Origin: Thermoprotei archaeon
GTDB taxonomy: Archaea > Thermoproteota > Thermoprotei > Gearchaeales > Gearchaeaceae
DNA: 64,000 nucleotides
Reading direction: 5' to 3'
NCBI GenBank assembly: GCA_017857595.1
Contig: JAFMCU010000002.1
Coordinates: 458-64,457, forward strand
Made by a program: the position numbers and the translations under genes. This document shows, one piece after another, positions 7,459-15,113 of this stretch. The notes below the pieces were generated by a model. The model had not been told where the DNA came from and did no database searches. It saw only the letters and a list, made by a program, of their open reading frames with translations. The number at the start of each line of letters is the position of its first letter. Positions within the stretch are counted from its first letter, which is position 1.

Positions 7459-9663
7459 TTATTCTTTATTAAAATATTTATCCAATTTTTCGTAAAATTC
7501 CTTTTCATTGTATAGAGCACTATAAATTATTTTCATCTTCTTAAATAATCTTTCAGCTGTATAATTATTCTTTTCCTCAAGTTTTAATAAATGCTTTTTA
7601 AGCACATCGTTTTTTAATTCATATGAGATCTTATTTTTGCATCTGAAACATCGAGCATTTAAGGTAATAAAAGGATAGCTCTCACCGCATCTTTTACACG
7701 TAACCTTAATATTAACTTCACTTGTAATAATACTAACTAAACTTTTTAGTGGAAATACTTGCATGATTGTATCAGTTGTTATTGGGGCTCTAACCTTTAG
7801 TCTTATAGCAAATTTGTCTTTATAAGATGATACTTTATTATTAATTTGGTCGTTTAATATTATAAATTTTATATTAAAAATATTATTATCAATTAATGGC
7901 GAGTAGTTTATTAATATATCATTTAAAAAATATAAACTTATATCATTGGTCGCTGCGTATTCATTAAATAATTTATTATATAATTCAGGAGAGATGATAG
8001 CATATTCAGTATCAATATAACCTTTAACTATTACTGGATAGAATATTAAACCTTCCGAATTTGATATCAATAGAATGTTCAATAGATTTTTAAATAATCT
8101 TTTAGCTGAACCAATTAATAATTCCATTTCTTCTTTTAAATAGTCATTGATTTTTTCTATATTCTGCTTAAGTGAACTAGGGAGTAAAATTTCATTATAA
8201 TTAAGTTCAATCTCTTGCGAATCATCTATTACAATTTTACAGGGAATAGCCTTACATTTTATTTCAGCTAAAGCTACTTCGTTTATATCAATTGAATGCT
8301 TTAATCTAACTAAAGTTTTCAACGGATATTCTATGAGATGGATATCTTTATAATGCGGTATTAATTTTTCTGTTTCATCATAACCTAGAATTTTATTAGA
8401 AAATTTTTTAAGTAATCTTAAATAATTGATCTGTTCTACATAAGCTGATAAGGTGGTAGAGCCACATACTTCACAACTGGTATCTTTTCTAATATCATTA
8501 CAGTTGGTACAATAATATAACAAACTTTTGTTTAAATTGCATTCTGAACAATACTCAAAAATATCAACCTTGCCACATTTTTTACATAAAAAATGATGAA
8601 CTTCAACGTTAATTGTTTTATCAAATTGGTTTTTGAAAATAGCTGGCAATATGCAGTTGAAAGCCTCTTTGGGTTCTACATTTTCATCTAAAATAGTTAA
8701 TTTCAATGTTTCTTTTGAATCGAATTTGCTTCTTTCATTTAAAAATACTATTGTATCAATAGTATTTTTATTAATTATAAAAGCATGTTTAGAATTATAA
8801 TGTTGATAATTATCATTTTCATTTATGTATATGCAAGTCATATTTGATAAATTAAATACATTAATTAATGGTATATTAATATTGACTAAAACATTATTTT
8901 TTAATATAATTGATTTATTAACTAAATTACATAAATCATATAAATATTCTAAATTGATATTTAAATATTTACATTTTTTTAATATATTATAAACTTTATG
9001 ATTTTTGTATAGTATTAAATATATAGCATGATATAATAAATAAGGTATCATACTATTATTATCAGTATCTATAATATTTATCTTAATAGAATTTATTAAA
9101 ATATAAAATATATCAAATAGGTTGTTAAATACATCTATCGAGTTGGTATCAAAGTTACTTACCAAATATCCCCATGCTTGATCTTTTAATTCAGAATTTA
9201 CTTTATAACTAGAAGCATTTATTGTTTCTCTAATTTTTTCACCAAACAGGTAGGTAAGAAAACATACCCAAGGATTTTTAATAAACTCTTTCTTATCCAC
9301 CACAATTGTGATATTATTACCTTTTTCTATGTCTTCTTGATAAACTGCCTTTATACTATAAATTGGTGTTTTAAATTTAAAGTCAAAAAACCAGAGAAGT
9401 GCTGCTATTACACCTTTTTTAAGATTTTCATTAGTATCGGTATCTAAATTAATCTTTTTTAATGAGATATTTTCAATCAATTCTAAGCACGAACTTATTT
9501 TATCTGTATTATTAGCGGTCAAGAAGAAATTAGCAAGTTCAAAAGAGTTAAAGAACAGTAATAATAAATCATCCATATCTAATTTATAAAAAGGGAAAAT
9601 ACCTTCTTTTCTTAACGGTCTAAATTGGTTTTCTATATTAAATATATCAGATAAAATTTCCAT
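7459..9663 (-). CDS. Multi-zinc-ribbon protein, candidate degenerate homologue of the PolD large subunit (DP2)
   Basis: 734 aa. Four CxxC pairs at aa 360-400 (FLCKKCGKVDIFEYCSECNLNKSLLYYCTNCN..CEVCG). C-terminal CKRCGESYPFITLNARCFRCKNK is followed by ISYEL..KKHL..YTAERL..IYSALY. FLNDILINYS resembles DP2 LLDALLNFS. See findings. Confidence 0.45.
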   Translation of the reverse strand: MEILSDIFNIENQFRPLRKEGIFPFYKLDMDDLLLLFFNSFELANFFLTANNTDKISSCLELIENISLKKINLDTDTNENLKKGVIAALLWFFDFKFKTPIYSIKAVYQEDIEKGNNITIVVDKKEFIKNPWVCFLTYLFGEKIRETINASSYKVNSELKDQAWGYLVSNFDTNSIDVFNNLFDIFYILINSIKINIIDTDNNSMIPYLLYHAIYLILYKNHKVYNILKKCKYLNINLEYLYDLCNLVNKSIILKNNVLVNINIPLINVFNLSNMTCIYINENDNYQHYNSKHAFIINKNTIDTIVFLNERSKFDSKETLKLTILDENVEPKEAFNCILPAIFKNQFDKTINVEVHHFLCKKCGKVDIFEYCSECNLNKSLLYYCTNCNDIRKDTSCEVCGSTTLSAYVEQINYLRLLKKFSNKILGYDETEKLIPHYKDIHLIEYPLKTLVRLKHSIDINEVALAEIKCKAIPCKIVIDDSQEIELNYNEILLPSSLKQNIEKINDYLKEEMELLIGSAKRLFKNLLNILLISNSEGLIFYPVIVKGYIDTEYAIISPELYNKLFNEYAATNDISLYFLNDILINYSPLIDNNIFNIKFIILNDQINNKVSSYKDKFAIRLKVRAPITTDTIMQVFPLKSLVSIITSEVNIKVTCKRCGESYPFITLNARCFRCKNKISYELKNDVLKKHLLKLEEKNNYTAERLFKKMKIIYSALYNEKEFYEKLDKYFNKE

Positions 9664-10264
9664 TAACTACACTAATATATAATCCTACTATGACCGGATA
9701 TAAAATATTGTCGTTTATCTCAATTGGCAAGCTATCTAAAATAAAAATAATTGCAGATAAAAATAAGGCAAATATTAAGTTCATTATTTGAAATGACATA
9801 GCAAGCATAACTGCAGAACCAATAATAGAACCAACTAAACTTTTAGATCGGTTGTATGGTATTCGAGGCTTAGGTATCAACAAACCGCAAACGCTCATAA
9901 TAGGGTCAATAATTGTAACCGTTAGGCTTGAGACTATAAATATTATTGGTTGAAATAATATAGAAGAGATTAAAAATCCCGCTATAGAGTAAGTATGTGC
10001 TCCCACATAAGTTTTTTCATATGATCTAGCCAAGGTTTCAGCTAATTTTTTTAGTGGAAACTGTATATAGATTCTTATCCTTATTAGATCAGATATTATA
10101 GCAACTCCTAATAATAATGTATATAGTGTTATACTTAAATATCTGCCAAAAATCAAATAAAATATAAGAAGAAGTAACCCTATGGTTACATGGAAGGCTT
10201 TTCGAAGTATCTCCTTATGTAACTGTTTAATTTTATCATTTTCATAATTTATCTTCATGAGCAA
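9647..10264 (-). CDS. CTP-dependent polyprenol (dolichol/phytol) kinase family membrane protein (CTP_transf_1 superfamily)
   Basis: 205 aa polytopic protein. N-terminal LRKAFHV (RKxxH) and C-terminal IDPIMSVCG...IPYNRSKSLVGSIIG resemble the GDxxA..G...KSxxGS motif of COG0170. Confidence 0.55.
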   Translation of the reverse strand: MLMKINYENDKIKQLHKEILRKAFHVTIGLLLLIFYLIFGRYLSITLYTLLLGVAIISDLIRIRIYIQFPLKKLAETLARSYEKTYVGAHTYSIAGFLISSILFQPIIFIVSSLTVTIIDPIMSVCGLLIPKPRIPYNRSKSLVGSIIGSAVMLAMSFQIMNLIFALFLSAIIFILDSLPIEINDNILYPVIVGLYISVVNGNFI

Positions 10265-10985
10265 TTTCTTTTAAAAGTTTTTCATAACTATTCTCTAATA
10301 CATTACCCATTACAATTATATCTGCGCCAGCTTTTAACAATCTATTAGCATTCTCAATATCTTTTATGCCTCCGCCAGCGATAATTGGTATTGAAACTAT
10401 TTCTCTAACTTTCTTTATAACTTTCTCAGGTATAGGTTCTTCCGTTCCTGAACCAGCTTCTAAATAAACGAAACGCATTCCTAATAATTCAGCTGCCAAA
10501 GCATAATAGCTTATTAATTCGGCATATTTATAAGGTATTTTTTTAGCCCATCCTATATGTCCGGCCACCCCGCCTTCACCTAGTATTAAATATCCAACAG
10601 GTATAGTTTCTATATTGTATTTCTTAATTATAGGAGAGGCAAGCATTTGCGCTTCTATTATATAATATGGATTTTCAGAATTAAGCAAACTAATGAAAAA
10701 AATCGCATCTGCTTCTTGAGATATAGAATAGACACCACTGGGAAAAATCACTATGGGTATTTTTATCTCATTTTTGATTATTTTTATTGTTTTATCCATT
10801 AAGCTTTCAGAAATACCAGTTGAGCCACCAATTAGTATTAAAGGTGAGTTTGTTATATCTATAAATTTTTTTATAAATGTTAGCTTATTCATATCAAACT
10901 TTTGAGGATCTATTAAAGGCAAATATGTAGGATACCTTTTTTCAACTCTTTCATTTAATAATTGTTCTATTCTGCCAATTTTCAT
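10242..10985 (-). CDS. pcrB: Geranylgeranylglyceryl phosphate synthase (PcrB/GGGPS family)
   Basis: 247 aa. Motifs LIDPQK, GGSTG, VYLEAGSG and IIAGGGIK of the TIM-barrel GGGPS family. Confidence 0.8.
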   Translation of the reverse strand: MKIGRIEQLLNERVEKRYPTYLPLIDPQKFDMNKLTFIKKFIDITNSPLILIGGSTGISESLMDKTIKIIKNEIKIPIVIFPSGVYSISQEADAIFFISLLNSENPYYIIEAQMLASPIIKKYNIETIPVGYLILGEGGVAGHIGWAKKIPYKYAELISYYALAAELLGMRFVYLEAGSGTEEPIPEKVIKKVREIVSIPIIAGGGIKDIENANRLLKAGADIIVMGNVLENSYEKLLKEIAHEDKL

Positions 10986-11224
10986 TTTATAATACCACTA
11001 TAGTATTTATCTACAAATAGGTTATATGCATCAACAGGTTCGCCTCCTAAATAAAGTTCGACTGTAGCATTTAATTCACATGATCCGCATCTAACATATG
11101 CGTTATTTTCTTCCTTATTAATGTTTACAAAGACAGACTGTTTGCCACATTTAGGGCAAATAAATATTTTAGGTATCTTTCTTACCACTTTTTTGACTAT
11201 CTTTCTCCTTTTTCTTCTTCCCAT
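10982..11224 (-). CDS. elf1: Transcription elongation factor Elf1 homologue (zinc ribbon)
   Basis: 80 aa. Basic N-terminus MGRRKRRK, then F.CPKCGK...V.CGSC and PVDAYNLFVD, matching the eukaryotic/TACK Elf1 pattern (CxxC..CxxC..IDVYxxWxD). Confidence 0.75.
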   Translation of the reverse strand: MGRRKRRKIVKKVVRKIPKIFICPKCGKQSVFVNINKEENNAYVRCGSCELNATVELYLGGEPVDAYNLFVDKYYSGIIK

Positions 11225-11322
11225 TATTCACCACTCTTAATAAGGATGTACGCGATGATGCCGAATAGAGAAATTATTGTTATTATATAATATAAGTCCG
11301 TTAATATTGTAACAATATCCAT
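11224..11322 (-). CDS. Possible 32-aa single-TM micro-protein, translationally coupled to elf1
   Basis: My own translation gives MDIVTILTDLYYIITIISLFGIIAYILIKSGE. The stop TAA shares one nt with the elf1 ATG (TAATG). There is no homology evidence. Confidence 0.25.
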   Translation of the reverse strand: MDIVTILTDLYYIITIISLFGIIAYILIKSGE

Positions 11323-11349
11323 GACTACTATTAAATTAATTTAAGACTT

Positions 11350-11727
11350 TTATATAAGACTTGCGAGATTTAAATTTTTGCGCTGATAAGCTGCATTAAA
11401 AATATCATAGAGCTGTTCTTTTCTCAGTTTATACTCATTCATTGAATTACATAACGAGCATGCAATTAAATGATAACATGCTTTATTTTTATTACGCATT
11501 ATAATGTTAGTAAATCCTAAACATGAACACCATTCGTCTTTAATAACCAAGTAGTTAGACGCCTTACCTTGCACATAAAATAAATTATTATATTTTATCT
11601 TAAAGTGAAGCTTATTTATTTTATTACTAATTATCAACTCTTTAGCGATTCGAATTTTTTTAGATTCTCTCTTAATTATTCCAAATCTCTTAATATATAA
11701 CCTAATTTTCTTTTTCAATTTTTTCAT
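11350..11727 (-). CDS. SWIM-type zinc-finger protein
   Basis: 125 aa from MKKLKKK. SWIM motif WCSC-x14-CYH (CxCxnCxH). The track ORF (to 11787) is an artefactual extension through the tRNA-Pro gene. Confidence 0.55.
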   Translation of the reverse strand: MKKLKKKIRLYIKRFGIIKRESKKIRIAKELIISNKINKLHFKIKYNNLFYVQGKASNYLVIKDEWCSCLGFTNIIMRNKNKACYHLIACSLCNSMNEYKLRKEQLYDIFNAAYQRKNLNLASLI

Positions 11728-11729
11728 AG

Positions 11730-11803
11730 TGGGACTGCCAGGATTTGAACCTGGGTCACTAGGGCCCGAGCCTAGCAGTCTGACCAAGCTAGCCTACAGT
11801 CCC
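11730..11803 (-). tRNA. tRNA-Pro (CGG)
   Basis: GGGACTG...CTAGG-CTCGGGC-CCTAG...CCAGG-TTCAAAT-CCTGG-CAGTCCC-A. Anticodon CGG followed by G37. GC-rich island. Confidence 0.8.
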
Positions 11804-11886
11804 AATATTTAATTATAGTATTTATAATTTAAAATTAGCAGTTCCGAATAAGGGAACATTTAAATTACTATTTTTTAAATATCTTC

Positions 11887-13932
11887 ATGTTAGATTTTGG
11901 GCTTATAAGGGCAGTTAGTAATAATCTCAGACTTATGATACTTTATTACTTGAGTAATAAACAATGTTGTTCTATAAAAGAATTAAGCGCGTATTTAAGG
12001 TTGCCCGAAAAAAAATATAATTTTTTGTATTATCATGTAAAAAAAATGTTAGACTTCGGATTGATCTATAAAAATAATGAGGGATTAATATGCTTAACAA
12101 AAAAGGGTAAAAACTTGATTAACGTCTTGATTGATTTAAATAGATGGTCAAACGATTATAAAGAAGAGGATAAGTATATTATAAATTTGGATGGTTCTCT
12201 AAATAAAATAAGCATCCCCTATATAATTTCATATCTAAAAGGAAATTTTAATTTAGAACATGAAAATATTTTTAAAATATCTCAAATTATATATGAAAAA
12301 ATATCATCTTCAAATAAAAACCTCTACACTAATAGCGATATTTTAAAACTCCTCTTGACTACTTTCATTAAGGATAATTCATCAAAAGATTATCAATATC
12401 TATTAGATTCAGTTTTTATAACATTTCCATTTGAAAAAATATTATATTCCAATAATAAAAATTATGATATATGTATATTAAATCGAGAATATTATAATGA
12501 ATATTTCGTTAACAAGTTCTTAGATTATAATCAGATTATTTATTTTAAGATGAATTATTTTAATATTATAGATAAATATAATTTATTATCCGATGTAATA
12601 GATTTTTCCTTAAGAATTTGCATAAATAATTTAAATTTTGATAATATATTATACGACGAGTCATATATAAATAAATTAATTAAATTAATAAATAAATCTA
12701 TATTAGGTTGTAACATAGAATTATATTTCAATGATAATAATGTCAATAAAGTATCTAGCGTAGATCTAAAATTGTTATATCCATATATAATCTATATCCT
12801 AAGCATGTTAAATGAAAGGAAATTAATGATATCATTAAGGTCATATAATGATCTTAAGTGTATCAGTTCATTAACGGACGAAAATCTCTTAAAATATATA
12901 TTATATAGCAACATGATTAAAAATTTACCAAGCTGGAATTTTTTTGTGAGTAGAGAGATTTCTTCGTTGGTTAATTTTGTGAATAACACTAATAATTCTT
13001 TACTTGAATTATTTCCCTCTATTTCGTTTAGTAATGAATCAAGCATTAGTTTAACTTCTTATGGTTTTATAGGTGATGAATCCTCAACAACTTTTAATAT
13101 TAATTCACTGGTTTCTTTGAATTTACCTAAAATATTATTGGATAGTAAATCGAATGAAAACTTATTTTACGATACATTAGAGGATTTGTCTGTAAGTTTA
13201 TTCAAATATTTTGATAAAAGATATAAATTTCTGACCGATACAAGCTACAATACCCAAGTTACAAATGAGACATGCTTAAATTTTAGAATAAATATAAACG
13301 GGTTGTTTGAATATGTATACATTCTAACTGGAGAAACATTGCAGGAAAATAAAAATACCCAAAAAGAATATATAAAGCTTCTTAATTTCCTAAATAATGT
13401 AACAAACGAATTTCTACAGAATAGAGATTACGATGTGAAAATTTCAATTCTCAATGACGGAGTTTCACCTATTAAGTTTAGAGAGACGTCAATAGTAAAT
13501 AAGTTAAACAAGCTGCCTATTAGATATAGGCGCTATTTAATGCATAATGGTATTTCATGTAGTATAATTCCAAGCTGTTTTAATTACTCATCAATTTACG
13601 AGAAGATAATCAGAGAAACTCCTATTGTTTCTTTAATAAAAGGGGGGTATAATTATGAACTATGGCTTGATTTGAATAAGTTAAAAATAAATAAGCTACA
13701 AGAATTGTTCGAAAGTACATTATTGAAATATAAAATGAAAAACATAGAATTGAATTATTTTATAACGTTATGTATGCGGTGTAAAAATAAATATTTAGGT
13801 TTCTATGAGAGTTGTCCTTCATGCGGAAGTCATAACTTATTTTACGTAGCTAAGAATTACACAAAAATAGTAAAATTAGCATACGAGGGTGCGAAACAGT
13901 TATTAGAAAATAACTATTTATACATTATTTAA
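11887..13932 (+). CDS. wHTH plus ATP-cone-like plus class III ribonucleotide reductase (NrdD)-like protein, apparently lacking catalytic residues
   Basis: 681 aa. ArsR-like wHTH at aa 10-75. aa 97-165 are ATP-cone-like (YIINLDGSLNKISIPYIISYL...). NINSLVSLNLPKILLDS compares with NrdD NNLGVVTLNLPRIALDS. The C-terminal CMRC-x10-CPSCGS ribbon is followed by AKNYTK where NrdD has SRITGY. See findings. Confidence 0.5.
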   Translation: MLDFGLIRAVSNNLRLMILYYLSNKQCCSIKELSAYLRLPEKKYNFLYYHVKKMLDFGLIYKNNEGLICLTKKGKNLINVLIDLNRWSNDYKEEDKYIINLDGSLNKISIPYIISYLKGNFNLEHENIFKISQIIYEKISSSNKNLYTNSDILKLLLTTFIKDNSSKDYQYLLDSVFITFPFEKILYSNNKNYDICILNREYYNEYFVNKFLDYNQIIYFKMNYFNIIDKYNLLSDVIDFSLRICINNLNFDNILYDESYINKLIKLINKSILGCNIELYFNDNNVNKVSSVDLKLLYPYIIYILSMLNERKLMISLRSYNDLKCISSLTDENLLKYILYSNMIKNLPSWNFFVSREISSLVNFVNNTNNSLLELFPSISFSNESSISLTSYGFIGDESSTTFNINSLVSLNLPKILLDSKSNENLFYDTLEDLSVSLFKYFDKRYKFLTDTSYNTQVTNETCLNFRININGLFEYVYILTGETLQENKNTQKEYIKLLNFLNNVTNEFLQNRDYDVKISILNDGVSPIKFRETSIVNKLNKLPIRYRRYLMHNGISCSIIPSCFNYSSIYEKIIRETPIVSLIKGGYNYELWLDLNKLKINKLQELFESTLLKYKMKNIELNYFITLCMRCKNKYLGFYESCPSCGSHNLFYVAKNYTKIVKLAYEGAKQLLENNYLYII

Positions 13933-14250
13933 TTAGCCACCGTGAACAAAAGAAAATATAGTTAATGAATCTCCCTTTTTAATAATCTTCCTTTCATTTA
14001 ACCAAGCAGGAAATACCTTCCCATTATATTCTATTAAAATATCTGAAGAAATATCGTTTTGTTCATTTAAAATCCTATTTTTAAATTCTGTTCCCAACTT
14101 ATTGGATAAATTATTAATTAACTCTTTAAGTTCTATTTCATTATCAGTTATTTCTAAAATAATCTCATCAGTCTTAGCAATGCCTTTTAGTACACCTTTT
14201 AAACTTACTTTGATAATTTTATTACTCAAATATAAAGCACACATGATCAA
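13933..14250 (-). CDS. Beta-grasp ubiquitin-like / sulfur-carrier protein (MoaD/ThiS/SAMP/Urm1 family) with C-terminal Gly-Gly
   Basis: 105 aa ending ...GDSLTIFSFVHGG-stop. MoaD-like pattern IKVSLKG...ILIEYNGK....L..GDS..I.P.V.GG. The start is uncertain because of the N-terminal extension MIMCALYLSNK. Confidence 0.6.
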   Translation of the reverse strand: MIMCALYLSNKIIKVSLKGVLKGIAKTDEIILEITDNEIELKELINNLSNKLGTEFKNRILNEQNDISSDILIEYNGKVFPAWLNERKIIKKGDSLTIFSFVHGG

Positions 14251-15070
14251 TCAATCGTTCCTCTATAATACATGGGGGTTCTCTCTTCACTACTTTTTTA
14301 TTCTTTAAAAAAGCTAAAAAAGATTTTTTAGCTTCTTCAAGATTATCATTCTTTAAAAAATCTATGGGATAGTTTACATTATATACTTTAGCAGGAAAAA
14401 TATGCCTAGTTGTTTTTGCGGGGAATAAAATATTGTATTTTGCATTTTCAATCACTTCTCTTTTAGTTACTTTTTGTGGTATAATATAAAAATATTTAAG
14501 ATGTTCTTTTGATTTTATCTCTTTTAGTAATTCTTCTTCAGTAATAAATTCGATTTTTCCATTTAACAAGATAACTTCATTGTCAAATTTTTTTATTAAA
14601 TCATTTATTTTTATGTAATTATCTTCGGCAATTAAAAATATATCACCCTTACTAATAAAAAAAGCTGAATTTGATGAATTAAAAGTATTATTATAGTCTC
14701 CGCTTACATGGATAACTTTTAATTTATAATTTTTTATCACTTTTCTTACGATGCTTGAATCATTGACTTTAAACTTTCTGATCCATCTTTGAACTTCTAC
14801 AAGATTATTTATATAGTCGATTAAAACTACAGGCACGCTGAAAACACCTAATCTCTTTAGTGCCTCAAAACGATGCATTCCATCCAGTATAACATTTGTT
14901 ATCTTATCCACTATTATTGGATGTTTTACTAACTTTTTGCGTACCATATCTTCTACTATTTTATTAACGGCTTCTTCTATTACTTCTTCGTGAGGCAGCA
15001 ATTTTTTGATCTCAAATAATGTGATTTCTATCTTAAAATTATCAAAATATAAGTCATATGGTTCATTCAT
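14222..15070 (-). CDS. ParB/sulfiredoxin-fold domain protein (possibly related to archaeal ADP-dependent serine kinase SerK)
   Basis: 282 aa. The N-terminal domain LLPHEEV...HPIIVDKITNVILDGMHRFEALKRLG..VPVVLIDY has the DGxHR motif of the ParB N-terminal/Srx fold. Confidence 0.5.
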   Translation of the reverse strand: MNEPYDLYFDNFKIEITLFEIKKLLPHEEVIEEAVNKIVEDMVRKKLVKHPIIVDKITNVILDGMHRFEALKRLGVFSVPVVLIDYINNLVEVQRWIRKFKVNDSSIVRKVIKNYKLKVIHVSGDYNNTFNSSNSAFFISKGDIFLIAEDNYIKINDLIKKFDNEVILLNGKIEFITEEELLKEIKSKEHLKYFYIIPQKVTKREVIENAKYNILFPAKTTRHIFPAKVYNVNYPIDFLKNDNLEEAKKSFLAFLKNKKVVKREPPCIIEERLIDHVCFIFE

Positions 15071-15113
15071 ACTTTTACTACGTTTTTACATTGAATAAAA
15101 GTATCAATAAATT

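Noticed and set aside
7459-9663. The 734-aa zinc-ribbon protein as a TnpB/IS605-type or other transposon protein
   Set aside because: There are no RuvC-like D/E/D motifs, no flanking inverted repeats or partner tnpA, and the gene is embedded in an overlapping housekeeping operon. The order of the ribbons fits DP2 better.
11728-11787. N-terminal 20 aa (MVRLLGSGPSDPGSNPGSPT) of track ORF 11350..11787
   Set aside because: These codons are the tRNA-Pro gene read as protein. The real CDS most likely starts at the ATG at 11727.
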